This document shows positions 50,401 to 64,000 of a DNA stretch of 64,000 bases, piece after piece. The notes beneath the pieces are model-generated. The model saw nothing but the letters and a program-made list of their open reading frames with translations, did not search any database and had not been told where the DNA came from. Both the position numbers and the translations under genes were made by a program. This DNA is from Tubiluchus corallicola (lineage: Eukaryota; Animalia; Priapulida). The stretch covers positions 372,001 to 436,000 of the forward strand of contig JAQGDQ010000027.1 in the NCBI GenBank assembly GCA_030141605.1, read 5' to 3'. How positions within the stretch are numbered: the stretch's first letter is position 1; every line of letters starts with the position of its first letter.

Positions 50401-53400
50401 TCATCTAATTGACTGAATCAGCAAAGACAGCTCCTTTGAGCATGGTCGTAAATCTTCAGTACGACATTATCACTTCGCGTTTACTATTAATTTTGGTTTA
50501 CCAATGTTTTAGTTGCTCTTTTTGAGTTTAGCTGAGAATTAGTTGTATAGTACCACAGATAGTAGTTACAGCAACACCAGTTATTCCATTACCTCTCTTA
50601 CACACCCTATTAAATGTTTCATTTATCTATTGCTTTAATCATTTATATGTGCACTCTTGCATATGCTTGTTTGAAGCGTTACACGTCGGACTATAGCAAC
50701 ATTAACGGCATGTTCAGACTAGCAAGTTTATTGTCAGGAGTTTTCTCTCAGACAATAAACACAAAAGTGTGAACTTGTTTGCGAGTTACTGTCGATAAAA
50801 AATCTTAAATTCTCAGACAGTTGCTGTAAGTTGATTTCCTGTGAGCTACTATCTAGTTTGATTGTCTCGGCAAACCACTCGCAGCGACTGAGAATAAATA
50901 CCATTTTATTTAAATAGAGAAGGGAGTGTCTGCTAGCACTTACTGTCACAGAGTAACTACTTGGCAAGTTTACTTGGTGAGAAAAATCTCTAATCTCAAC
51001 ACGCTGTAAGACTCAGTGGTGTTTTGTAGATCGAACATGTCTTTGAAAAACACTTTAGTTAAGTTGAAAAAAAACTTAGTTAAGTTAAGCTAAGTAACTG
51101 TATCTTGTTTAGTCTTTGGCATTTGCTAATTTCGTGATCTATTGCGTAATGTGTTTTAGAAATTTATAAGTGAACTATTTATTGTTGAAAAAAATCTGCC
51201 TATAAGTTAAGCAAGCACAATAGGTTGTCTAGCAGATTCTAACTTAGAATTAGAATAGGATAGCACGTTCATCAGTTTTTGAATTTGTCCAAAACGATAA
51301 AGATGACGATGCATGACAGGACTGACCACTTAGGCCCTGTTCTTGGAGTTTGTCTAATTAGTGCTATGTTAATTGCTTGTCATTAATTTTCAGTATGTTA
51401 TAACTCATTTATTGAGACTTTCACACAATTTTGACAGTGTCGGATGAAGCATACACTTCACTGCCCGGAGTTTGAGAAGACTGGAAAATGTGAGAAAGGC
51501 AACAAGTGCATAATGATTCATTACAAATCTCGAGCTTCGGCAGCTGCGAAAGAGCTTGTGTCCTCAAAAGAAATTGTCAAAGATAGGTAAGTTTATTGTG
51601 CGATAGTTTATAAATGCGTCATCATTTGTAATGAAAAAGAGACACAACTAGCCAGCCCCCTTTGCTGCACTGCACTGTCTTTTGGTGCAAAAATGTCTTT
51701 TAAAGTGTCATAGTTTCAAATTTTATGAAGCTGTATATATTTTGCTATAATCAGAAGTATCATTTTAGTTGCCCCCACCCCGAGCCCTACAATCTTTTAT
51801 TCAGTTTCGCACTCTACAAGCCAGAATGCAGCATTCAGTGTAAAAATTGGCTCAATAAGGCTGTTTGTGGCAGGACATTAACGTAACTCATTTTCAAGAC
51901 TATGCCCCAAAGATGAGCCACTGAACCAGCAGTAGTAGACACTGTAGACATCAGGTCAACACCCAAAATTAGTATTACGATTGAAAACTGTCGAGAGTGA
52001 GTATCACACTTGGAAACTGGACACTGATTTTGTCCATGTTGGTTCAAATTTAACTTGACTACCTTTTGCGTATTTGCTTGATTTCTCTACATTTACAAAT
52101 TCGCTTGCACCTTGTCATGCATTTGTTCTATTATTCTGCTTTTTCTTTGCCTTTTTGTTATATTTTCTGTAAATTCAAAAATGACACATGATGATTTTTT
52201 TTGCCTAAATAGCTACATTTTGATGTTGTACGCCACAATACATTTCAAAATTTAAGCTTATGATGCTTCACAGTACTTTCCCTATCATTAGCATTTTCTG
52301 CCCATATCTTAATTTGTGATACTCTACAATAGTGTAGCACTGAATCTACTGTCAGTGTTAATTTGCGTGTGTTCCACTCTTGACTGGTTCTGCCACTATT
52401 TTTAGAAAACGATATTACCTACCATCTGAAAATGAGATTGCTGAATCCCCACACAGAAAAATAAGGTGCACGGGTGAAAGAGTTACAGACGATGGTGTGT
52501 GGCCAGACAGCTTACCGTCTTTTATTGCTTTAGAAGCAACACAGGAATGTTCAGGTAAGATCATTTTAGTTAACCAAATGTGCACATTGGCAGGTGCTCC
52601 ACATCTTCCTGTATTGTTATAGATGATGTGTGTTGAGGTTTTGTATTGCAAAAAATAAAAATTGGGGAAAGCAGGTTAAGGAGAGAGAGCACATCGAATT
52701 ATCATAATTTACTGTTTGGGCCGTTGCAAAAAATTAAAATGGGGAGAGCATGTTAAGAAAGTAAAACAGCGGATCATACTGAGTTTAGGTCCAAGTAGGA
52801 AACTATTGGAGACTGAAAAAAAAGCATTTATTTTACGTGTACTTACTTACAGTGAGTATTGCGAGACTCTAGAAGTAAAAGCAAAGATTTAATTTGGGTG
52901 ATAAATTATTTTTACTCGATCTGACACTTTACATATCAAGTATCTATGCAGTGGGTACAGCTGCATACACATTTTTATGATGAGCAAATGAAGCATAATT
53001 AGTAAAACTGATATAAACGGCTGCAAAGCAACTAGTTTAAAACTTTATACATTACTGAAAAAGCTGCATAAACTGAGCCTAACAAAATATTTTTGCGCTT
53101 TGAGCAAACATTAATTTTTGAATGATTGATATCTAGTCAACTTGACCGTTATCTGGTGAGTAGGAAGTTAGGTCAGGCTACCCCTAGTAGCCAATGAAAG
53201 TAAATGAAGTCTTGACTCGGTTAATCACGATTGATCACAAGCATTTTAGATCTACAACCCTCGTACTTGCATACCAAAATTTTGAAAGTTATTTCAACAT
53301 TACATTTGAAATTGTAGTTGTTTGTTGCATCATGGCCTTTTCCATTTTTACATTACAGCACAGAGCAAACCTGAATCGTCTTTAAATATTGATACAGTTG

Positions 53401-53474
53401 CTCAAACTAGAAAGAGACTTAGCAAACTACCAGTATTTAGATCACTTTCAAATTCTCATAGCAAAGATTTATGA
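44423..53474 (+). CDS. ZC3H3: Zinc finger CCCH domain-containing protein 3 (five CCCH fingers)
   Basis: Exons 44423-44492, 45365-47153, 47615-47772, 48334-48562, 48972-49139, 49993-50188, 51438-51586, 52406-52554, 53359-53474 join in frame. N-terminal LQQEIQALSDLI helix, long basic Ser-rich region, RGERYTMDPSGKTLKR, CLFYLRYGKC..C.YVHDP.RV.ICTRFLRGSC..C.FSH..KEKMPTC.FFLRGLC..CPYLHV. The last exon is the least certain. Confidence 0.9.
47462..47522 (+). repeat. Degenerate TTAGG(A/G) hexamer run
   Basis: ttaggattaggattaggattaaggttggggttaagg...gggttaggg in a ZC3H3 intron; probably part of a small interspersed element. Confidence 0.6.
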
Positions 53475-56400
53475 TGCAGGTTCGTATGATTGCTTTTCCG
53501 TAATATGTAATACTTCAATAAGCTTGTTTTCTTGAAGTAATTTCCGTTCGCATTTTCATTTATTTATCTCATCTCTCCTATAATATTATCAAGCCATATT
53601 GCATTATTGGAAAATAACAATGAACTGGTGTTTTCATGTTTTTGACATCTTTACATTTGCATGGTAGATTTATGCAGTACGTGTTGTAAATAAGAATATA
53701 TAGAGTAAATGCTATTTTCCCTGTTTTCTGCAAAGGAGATGATTTCGCTGGGTTCTATTATTGGTTATGTTTTCTCATTTGCATTTCTATTACAGAGTTC
53801 TTTGACATTCACTTTTCTTTTTTTAAGCAATCTCTCTTACTTTTCATATTCTGGCCTTAAGTCTTACATGATAACATTCATACATCTGAAGTTTTAAATC
53901 TCATTATGCTGTACCGTATTTATTTTCTTTTGTACCATATTGTTACTTTGAGTATTTTAAATAGTGATGAAAGTGATAATTTCTGCATTGTTACCATTCA
54001 CAGTTTCATATGCATTGTTTCCGTCTACCAATTGTTCTTTGAAATTAATTATTATTGGATATATTCGTCATGGTCATTCTTATTACTGCCAAAAATTGGA
54101 AAGGAGTTTACGTTATTGCTTATCCTGTTTGCTAGAGAAAATTCATATCTGTTCACAACATATCCCAAAAAATACCAGTCGTGGTCACAATAAAATTTCC
54201 TGAAGCAGTCAACTATGGGTTAAAAAAGTAATACCTAGAGGGAGGAGGTCATCAGTTTTCGTTGGCTAAGTATCGATTTTTATGAATGATACTTGTCTTT
54301 GTTAGAATATCAGAACAATAATGATGCCTTAACAAAAACTCTGAAAACAAAAATGTCTGCTTCAGAATGTATTACCTGAAATATGCATTCTACAGAGTGC
54401 CGCCCAAGTTAATTTGTTTACTTATTTAACATTTTGCTGTTGGGCGCTTTGTTTTCTATTTCAGGTTTCACTAGTCTGGTCGCTTCAACTGCAAAACTAA
54501 GGTATTTTTTGAGGAAACTTGAGTATATGAATTAACTACCCTAAACTTTGTATACATGTCTGTAATTCTGTGAAGAAAAAGTTTCAAGAATTTGAGAATA
54601 ACTTCATATGTCTGCCAACTAAAAATATCTTGCAATCAAGTCAGTCTTGGTGCACAGCATATTTTATTTTCATGGATATATGTAGTTGAACTCACAAATT
54701 GCGTTAGAATTATAGAATTCGCGCAAGATTGAACTTTTCACGAGTTATAACTTGTAATGCATGGTAGAGAATAAAATAGTTTCCTTTGTGAACCGTGGCT
54801 GAAAAAATATGTTTAAAATTAGCATTATTCACATGAATTTACGAACTTTGATCCATCCTTAAGACTTTTCTAGACGTTTTTCTAAAATGTTATTAAGTAT
54901 TGACATCATTGGTATGACTAGCAACAACTCATCATTGACAAGCAGGAAAAATGCAAAAACAGTTTTGTATCCATTTCTGTAGATATCAATGGAAAAATTT
55001 TACAATAATGGCTTTTGTGAGTTCAGCTGTACATATGGAAACAGTAACTACAAGCACTTAAATGATAATCTTCAACAAACATTTGCTCATTCCCACTCAC
55101 TCGTATTATTAAACTTTAATTTTTGAAATTGCTGTTTTCAATTTTTTTCACTTGAGCTTTGCACTCGTTCAATGTTGAGCATGTTTAGATATTTGCCACA
55201 AAACATATTTCAGCTTGTGGGGCACTCGTACAGGATTCTTTTGGACTTCTGGGCACAGATCTTGCGACATCGTTTCTTTTCAAACATTTTACTGTTTGAA
55301 GGTAAGACAGTCTTAGACAGGTATTGCAAAATACATTACACTAGCAACAGATGAATGGTGTTTTGAAAGTAATAGACCCAAAATTGTTGGCGATTAAACA
55401 AACTCCATGCTGCTGGCTGTAATGCATTTTTATGTTGTTTTTTTTTTTGCTGCAAGAATAATTGATCAATTAAAATCAAAATGAGTAATCGTTTGCAATT
55501 ATGCTAATTTCATATCAAAATAATAGCTAGATGTATTTTTTAAACATTATAAAGATAATGTACTTTGCCACAAAGTATACTTGAACGAAATAAATACTGT
55601 AATTATTATTCATAGCATTGTTATAATAATATGGTAGATAATAATTAGATCCTGTTGAGCAAAATGTATTTCCTCTTAAATCTCTACAAACTGTTTTTTT
55701 GTTCGGGTGCTTTAATGTAATAAAAATTTTGTATAATAAAATATTTTTATCCCACAATGAGGTAGTTTATTGTTTCATATATTGTTAATACTTGCACTAA
55801 TAGTTAATTTGCCACGTACAGCGAGATAAAAATGTTTATTGAAATACGGAAGCTGCATCTTTAAGCGAAGTGCAGGAAGTCATCATTATTTACTATAATG
55901 ATATATATTAGTATGCACCGTATAATGTACCTACTTGTTTGGAGCCTGCTAGTTTACCTACTCTTCCACTTATTCACTCACACTCATTCTGTTCGCTCCC
56001 TCTCGTTCTCTTCCCTTTTCTCCCCATGATTCCTTTTTTCACTCTCCCTACATTTCTTTCTTTCTTGTCTTTAACTTTTCCTGCACTTCCTTCTTCAGCA
56101 GCTACTTCTGTCAAGCTCTCACTGCAAAATTTGATCTGAGATGTCACTTTAACATAATATTGGCTAGCTCAATCATTAAAAAATTACTGTGAAACGAAGA
56201 ATTATTGAAGCCGTTGGCTAATCTAGGATTGTCTAGCAAGAGTAAATAGAAATATGATAATCTGAAATACTTCTGAACAGATGCAAATTGAATGTTTGAC
56301 AACTTTGTAGTGTACACCATGTAACAAGTGAAATATGCTGGGGATACATTTTATATGTACAACACCTACTCCACTTGCAGTCTTAAAGTAGACGGTATAA

Positions 56401-56778
56401 AGAAGTTTGACTGTAGATTAAATATTAAAGCATCATAATCCATTCATAGTACAAGTGTCATTATTTTAGTCCATTTATATTATTTGTCTGTTAACCAAAA
56501 ATCAATGTTACAAAGTTGAACATCAGATAAAATTAATTTGTCTAACAAATTATTAATGAACTTGTGCATACAACTAAACAGCTATTCCGAATACAAAAAA
56601 GGTATACAACATCTGTCATGTATTTATTACTAATGAAGCAAGTTGCGTACAAAATAAATGTTCACGCGAAAATTAACTTTATATACAAGTATGATTCGTT
56701 CAACTTGTTGCCAATGCTCTTCTAAAACACACCCTTTAATAAAACCGACATGCAAATGCTTAAAAGTACATAGGAACA

Positions 56779-58450
56779 CTACTGTTCGTGCACCACTCTA
56801 TCTAGCGCTACATAGTATTTAGTTTTATCAGTCACATCATGATATCCTATTGGTCCAACTTCACAATCAGCACATGCAAGGTATTTTATATTTCCAACTG
56901 TGTTACAGAATCCTACGTTTTCAAATGTGTACATGTCTGTCACCAGCCAAAATTCTGTTAGCAGTTCTGTATCGCCTGCATTTTGTCTTTCAGACTTCTT
57001 TTTCATGTGAGGTAAGTCAAACTGAAAATAAAGAGTTAAACAAAGCAAATACCAGTAATTCAAAGTTTCCTTTTCAGTTTAAGGAAAGGCTATTCTGATT
57101 ATAACAATATATTTGCTGAATTTTAAATGGGTTCTACACACCATAACACTGAAACACGCAAGTTATTTAAATTAAACCGTAACACCGAAACAATACATTT
57201 TCTTAAATTAATTGTTACTGTAACATGTTGTCTTTTGACAAAGAAGGGAAACCTTTTGGTTCACTATATTATTATTTTGTATTCTGTCTCTGTAGTTCTG
57301 TGGAAAAGGAAAGCTTAAAATTGGAACAATGCCTGGTATAATACTGTGAACAACAAGTTCGAGTTTCCAGCCTTACGTAGTGCTGAGTTCTTACAGATAT
57401 TGATCAGTAAATGGGTCACTTTTCTCAGCTGTTGCTGCTGCTTGACATTCGGGATTCATAACTGAGTGTTCTTGCACCCATGTTTTGTGTAAATGTTGAC
57501 GAATGCTTCGTCTGATGGATGCTGTTGAATGTCTGGGGTTCAATGAGGCTCAGTATTCACTCTCTAGCTAATTTCATTTGCAAGCCAAACTGCTATCGAC
57601 TGTTTGCCTCGTAAAGGGAGGACGTATATACATTCAAACATGACCAAGACACTTCTGCTAGTTCAGTGGCTCATTTTAGAGGGATATCATTGATAACGTG
57701 ATCTGGTCATGCCACAAGCATTGAGTTGAGTAGACCCTGTTGCAGAATCCTGTATTTCAGCTTTCAGTGATCAAAAAAGAGTTTCATTAAAACGTTCCAA
57801 ATAAATGCACTTGCATTATCAGCAAATTTCACCTTACAGTTAGTTTGACATACCTAAATTACCCATTAGTATTCATTTTGCGATACTAACATTGTTGTAG
57901 GAGGACATTATTGCTCACACCACTGGTTTGAGCTATAACACCACATTATAGTTCTAGGAAGCTGAGACTTTCTAGAACTATAAATGGCTAATACGGACAC
58001 TATTGTATCCGTGGAGTATAGTCTAGACCACACACTTACTTTTTATTATAGCTCTGCCAAAATACATAAGCAATTCTATCTACTGGACAATTTTTGTTAT
58101 CTAAAACCAAGCTTCACTGGAGCCACAGTCCCCACGATTATGCCACTGTGTTACCAGAATAAATGATAAACAGGGAGCCAGAAACCTGTGACGTATGTTA
58201 CAGCCTTAGGCTTAAAATTAATACATACTTTAGAATGAATTATTGTTGCCGAACCCGGCTTTAATACTTTTGATCCACATCTTTCGCAAACAACAAATGT
58301 CTTATTCTTTTTGTCGGCAGTCAAAAGATTATCAGTGCGACTGCAAGCCGTTCCTGTATTATTAATACCGCAGCTATCGTTACTACTACCAGTATTCACA
58401 GTGTCTGCATTGCCAACAACTTTATTCTGGTTGTTGTTAGTTGTCGACAT
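56779..58450 (-). CDS. RABIF: Guanine nucleotide exchange factor MSS4 / Rab-interacting factor, 154 aa
   Basis: Exons 58450-58229 and 57021-56779; Zn motifs CERCGSKVL and YLACADCEVGPIG; WLVTDMYTFENVGF; YYVALDRV. Confidence 0.95.
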
Positions 58451-58585
58451 TTCATTCGTTTTATTAGCCCATTTACTGCCACTGAAACTTTAAACGGCAA
58501 CACAATTTTGAGAAAAAAGGAATATACTTTATAATTCTGTAAGACGAAAATTTACACAATACATTTTAATACATAGCGTTCAAAG

Positions 58586-58846
58586 CATTGGCAACGCCGC
58601 ACGTGGGATCGCAAAACATGGTGGCGCCACCTGTTCCAGCCTTGGTAAAATTCAGAAAATTTGCTAAAAAAGTATGGCTTAAAAATACGCAAAACTGAAA
58701 ACAAAGTTTAAGACCAGAGCTTGGCACTATTTTGATTAAAAAAGAATACGTTTTTTACGAACCATTGGTTAAATCTATGGTGTTTGCAAATGCGCTTGCG
58801 CCATCTAGCTTAGCAACGGCTAACTGTTTATATACACGTTGCTAAG
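58586..58846. promoter_or_regulatory. Bidirectional RABIF/TEKT2 promoter with RFX X-box-like sites
   Basis: cattggcaac near 58586, E-box CACGTG at 58600-58605, and the inverted pair cttagcaacg (58809-58818) / cgttgctaag (58837-58846), 57-95 bp upstream of the tektin ATG. Confidence 0.65.
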
Positions 58847-58902
58847 GTCTGGAATTAACAAGAAAAGTTCAGACAAGATTCGTGAGCATAAATTTATCCA
58901 TA

Positions 58903-61458
58903 ATGTCGAAACTACATAAACCTGCTGCCAGATTCACCGTTCCAGACTGGCATTTAGCAAATGATGCTCTCACCAACACCAGTGAGCAGCAACGTGAGGT
59001 GTCAAGACAAGTTAGACAGGTTAGTATACACAAGGGCAATAGTGATACCAATGCATTGGCATTGAATTGTTTAGTGGCTCTTGCCCATAGTTTACATTGA
59101 GAGTGCCACTATAATCCAATGATAGTTCGCAACTACTACTAGCCTAAGTAGTTTTCGCTGACAGATTTATAACTTTTGACTTGCATTCATCGAGTCAAAG
59201 AAGTGACAATTATTATGCGTTATCATCTGTATCCCATGATGATTTTTGTTGAATGGAACTTTTTCAAGCAGCATGCTATACTGTATTATCCATTTGTGAA
59301 TCGTAGTATGTAATATGTTAGCACTATGAAAAAGTTATTTAGATTTGCTGTTATTTGGTGTCTTAGTGTGGGCATCAACCAATGTCATCAAATTATGTGA
59401 ATCGGTCGTGAAGAGGAGACTGAAAAGTATGTTCCTCTTGTTTTGGTAAAGCTATTACATAAAGTACAAAACATTTTGGTTTAAGCTTTGCCTCTGTAGA
59501 TGATTTGAAATAATGAAATTGTTATTGTATTACCTCTGAAGTTGAAATTTTGTTATATGAATTATTTATTGTTTACAAACTATACGTATCAACACCAACA
59601 CAGGTTTTCAGCATAATCCTTGCTTCGGAATAAAACGTATTTAAAAATTTAAGAACGTTGATATGTACAGAGGTATGATTGGTTTACTAACAAGCTTTAC
59701 ATTTAAAGGAACACAGCATTATACTGTGTGAAGAGGAAATAATGTCAGTATTGTCCATTTGCTTTCTGTTCATATAAAATATTAAATTTTTCTTTACTTT
59801 GAAATAAATAACAATCAATGATGTAGCAATAAGCTTGAATTTTTTTTAGGATGGCCGCTATGTGAGACATGATACAGATGTTAAAACAAAAGCAGACCAG
59901 CAAGAAAACACGACAAAGCTTGCTAATCGTCTAGCAGAAATTGAGGCATGGAGAAATGTTCTCGAGAAGACATTGGCTGATGTAGATAAGGTATAATATT
60001 TGAATCGACAAGGCCTGTTCATTTATGAGTGACAAAAAATGAATATTTTTCCTATGCTGGCATTTTGTTGAGTGTGACAATTCAGTTTCAGTTTTTGTCA
60101 ACTTGTTTATAGAAAGTAAAATTGATGCATCATGAAATGAGAACTAAAAGGTTGTATTTTGTGTATGTTTGTTCTTTAAAATTAGTTCCAATGCATGCCA
60201 GTAGCATAAAAACATCATACTTTCACAACAAGCAAAATCAGTAACACATTTCGCATAAAACATACTTGATAACATCTTTAAATTTTCAGCTCTCGGAGGG
60301 CTTTAAATGTAAATGCTTTTAACATCTTAGATGTAACTTCAACTAAGTAGATGTTTCTGAATGTGTCAGAAACTGTGGTAAGATTCCGCTTGTGTGACTG
60401 GAGATGCTTTAGGTGCACAGCATTCCAAATAAAAAATGTTTTCCAAAATAGCTAACATAATGTATGTGAGTACTGTTGAGCTTGACATTAAAAGCTTCAG
60501 TGAAATCACAACTTGCCACTTTTTCACCAGTGGTCCAAAACTCAAGACTCAGCAGGAAAATATCTGTTTAATTTTGTAGACAATAGCAAAACTTAACAGA
60601 ATCATTCTACATATTGTGATATTGGGTCAATGGTGGACCAGTCTAGGCTTACGTCATACCATTCATTTCGTCTCATCGAGACCTTTTATTTGATGTATTA
60701 TAAGACATTAAATCTGGAACTTCCACTTTAACTGCAACATCAGGGTCAAGGGTCAACAAATGCAGGCGCGATTTATACCACTCAATCAGTCTCATTGATA
60801 CATTTCATTTGATATACTACAACCTGTTGCTGCTGGACACTGTAAAGCATTTGTCCACATGATCCTCAATTTTAGTTTTTGCCCCCTAGCAGATCAAGAG
60901 TCAACCAATGTGGGCATAACTCATACCATTCCATTCTGTTTATCAAGACCTTTCATTTGACATACTACAAGCTATTGTTACTTGACACTGGAAGCATTGG
61001 TGTCCCAACCTGAGATTTTGGTTTTTGTCCCCTAATGCGGCCAGCGGCCAATAAAAATCAGCGAACTTTATACCATTCGATTCGTCTTACCGAGGCCTTT
61101 CCTTTGGTACATTGCACAACACTGTTGCTCGCAACTTGAAGCATTGGTGTCCCCCGACCACCTCGATTTTGGTTTTTACCCCCTACCAAAAAACTTCCCC
61201 ATACGCAAATGGCTCATATTCAGCCGTGCACGACAACTCGACACCCTCTAGCCACATACCAAAAATTGGGGCCCTAGCTCAAAACCTGTAGGAGGCCCAT
61301 AATAAAGAAAAAAAGAAGCCCTGCCAGCTTTGTGACCATTGGCCTGTGGGTGACGGTTAGATAAAATCATAAATCTTCCTACCTGGGGAGTGTGCCCTGC
61401 GAGTTTTGTAAACCTAGCCTAGTGCATGTGCGAGTTATTAAAGTAATAAAAAGGCGTA

Positions 61459-61503
<45 letters not shown>

Positions 61504-63867
61504 AATAAAAACCAGGGGTAAAACAAGAAGATTCTGCTGTTAGCAGAATCTTAATTAATGCAAAAATACAATTTGTAGATAGATAGTGTGACCAGTTTTA
61601 CAGTCTTTCATAATAATACCCGGTGGCACCAAGTGTACAGCAGAACAAGTGCAGCAGGCTGATGCACTTTCAACATTTTTAAAGTATCATATGATTCTAA
61701 GCAGGGAATGCAACGAGGGTACTGCTACGAAAGCTGAAATCTGAAATAACATTTGAAATTTTGTAATATTGCGCTATAAACTATGCTGCATAACTTAAGA
61801 CAACACGTGATTCATTGTCCTGCTTATCTTGCAGGAAATTGCAGCACTTTCTGATATGAAAACACTGACTGAGAATGCTATAGCTGCTAAGCAGCTTCCT
61901 TTAGACGTTGCCATAGAATGTCAAACTCTAAGAGAAGAGCGACAGGGAGCTGACATGGTTGGCGACGAGGTAGAAGAACAGTTGAATACCGTAAGTTATC
62001 CCAAAACATAACATAAAGAGTTATGTTAATTAAAATAGAGATGTAATGTCCAGTGAATAGGTTTAATAAGACGGACCGTGTTCATTTGTGTTTTGGTGGA
62101 TGTTTTAGTTTGAGTGAAGCTTGCAAAATCATCACTTATAAACTTGGAAGTGAAACTGCCCTTCATAAAACTATTAAACTATTAAAGCTATTAAAATGGT
62201 TTCATTTTTTTATTGTAAAACTAGTCAGTTAAGTGCAGATCTGCAGATCTTTTTAAACAAATTAGGGTATGACTTAATTTAGTACAAAAATGTGTGGTTT
62301 TAATGTGCAAAAAACTGTTTGAAGTTTCGGGTAAAAATGCTGTTTATTGTTTACCAGCTATAGAGAATATATACTCAAATAAGTTTGCGATAAGCTTGCA
62401 TTTGCATAAAGTATATTTACAGGAAATTCATGTGATAGAAGATGGAAAGAAAAAACTGCAGGAGAAATGTGCAGCTGCATTTGAACAGCTTGCTCAACTG
62501 CAGGAATACAGGCAACAGCTTGTTTCTGATCTAAAGGTAAATGAGATGTCAATTAACTTCTGACTGAATTTTAATCGAAAACTTCAAAATACTTCGAGAA
62601 TTTAGTTCACGAATAGGGGGCTCAAAGAGCACTAATTTTGTTTCATTTCATTGTTATCTATTTCTGCACACTTGCACGATATACTTTTCAAACCTCAGTA
62701 CAGCTGGCAGTTATGAATGCATTTATTTAATTTTAATGTTAAAATTCATCAGTTTTATTTTTGTATTATTGTTGAAACTAACCCAATTTGCTGTGCATGC
62801 TGATTTATGCATACCTAGTGACAAAAATAAATCTGTTTCTGTATCTGTCATGTTAGGCATCCAGTTTTAGCCATACAAGTTATAATACATAGAGTTGCGA
62901 AACCCAATGCTGCGACAACCAAAACAGCTAGGGGATCTGAGTAAACTGACGAGTGTCCTGCTTCTAGGATTGCTTAAGAGACAGAAATAACCTAGGAGGG
63001 AAAATATCGGGTAAACTTCTCAGTTACACCAGTAAAATGCACTGGACCAGGCATAGTCGTGTGACAAAGTGGCAATGCGGTCAGTAATGTGTGCATTGAA
63101 TACAAGGCCTTGCTCGCAGATTTAGATCTTAATTCAATCAGTTTTGTTTTTTCCAGAGTTTTAGGTTGATACACGTTCATGAAATTTCATTTTTCCAGGA
63201 TAAAAATGTTGCCATTACTATAGATCTGGAACAGTTTACACTCAATGACAATTCACCATTAATCAGCTTTAAGCCAGATCCTGCAAGAATTCCAAAAGGG
63301 TAAAAATTGTCAATGTTTCTACTAAGCAAGCTGAAGTAAGATTACTAACTATGATGCAAACTTAGCAGTAAAATACTACAGTTAGCTGTTATTATCTAAC
63401 TATGAATGAAGCAAAACTACAACTTTCTGTCGTCTGTTATCATTGTCTAGCTTTCATAAAACATGCCTTTTACAATTAAGCCATTTTTGTTTGCCTGAGA
63501 AAGCGTTAATTGTTTTATTTTTGGAAAGTTTTGCCATAAATGTTTATGTAGCAATAGTGTCATTACAAAACGAAATAAAATGAAACCTGTTACCATATTT
63601 AAAAGATTTCTACACTGAAGCCACACTCATTTTGATAAATGTAGGACGGTCTTACCAACTAACTGGATGCAGTATAGCGAACAAAATAAAAACAATGCTG
63701 ATGAAGCAATGAGACGTTCTCGTCAACTCAGAGAAGGCATGCAGCTCACTCTAAACCAGACTACACATGCTCTTGCCGCCCAGCAAGGAGCCACTGACTA
63801 TGCCTTCCGCAAGAGAATCCGAGAGATGACAAAAGCGAAAAAAGAACTGGAGTGGCAAAAAGAAAAG
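58903..63867 (+). CDS. TEKT2: Tektin-2, 3'-partial
   Basis: Exons 58903-59019, 59850-59990, 61835-61990, 62423-62536, 63199-63299, 63645-63867. MSKLHKPAARFTVPDWH, AKQLPLDVAIECQTLRE, AFEQLAQLQE, ISFKPDPARIPKG and ATDYAFRKRIREM..ELEWQ match tektin-2. Continues beyond the window. Confidence 0.93.
60590..61556 (+). mobile_element. Non-autonomous Helentron/HINE-like element in a tektin intron
   Basis: Four internal subrepeats ((c/t)ataccattc...gacctttcatttg at 60655, 60775, 60922, 61069), a (TAA)n tract at about 61460-61505, and a terminal hairpin AAGATTCTGCT-gtt-AGCAGAATCTT (61528-61552). 5' end uncertain. Confidence 0.55.
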
Positions 63868-64000
63868 GTGATTTCCACACGTTGTTATACACACATTTGT
63901 GCCTTGTTTACGACATGTTTGTAGTTGAAATTGTATCATTTTTCTGTATGAAGTACTGCACGTTTTACCAAGTACATTAAGTTTTCTCAGTTATTAAGTA

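Noticed and set aside
57330-57800. Coding remnant in the RABIF intron
   Set aside because: No sustained frame or recognisable motif; probably decayed repeat.

Overview
AT-rich, intron-containing eukaryotic DNA from an invertebrate animal; the species cannot be determined from the sequence. Left to right: the 3' 19 exons of cytosolic alanyl-tRNA synthetase (+); a 69-bp minisatellite; a single-exon 1362-aa CDS (-) fusing about 23-24 ankyrin repeats to a C-terminal Mab-21/cGAS-like nucleotidyltransferase with an intact acidic triad (candidate cGAS-like receptor, cGLR); a transposon-rich island (a full-length but decayed Gypsy LTR element nested in a LINE reverse transcriptase, a TTAA-flanked Kolobok-like element, MITE/foldbacks, LINE remnants, microsatellites) that also hides a frameshifted two-Ig-domain pseudogene; an intronless plant/protist-type 7-dehydrocholesterol reductase (-) head-to-head with ZC3H3 (+); and RABIF/MSS4 (-) head-to-head with tektin-2 (+, runs off the window) across a promoter with RFX X-box sites. 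The best candidate for a new system is the ankyrin-array cGLR: its 99-bp repeat scaffold is homogenised while the canonical ligand-binding positions differ from repeat to repeat. All gene calls come from manual translation and motif recognition; no database search was run.
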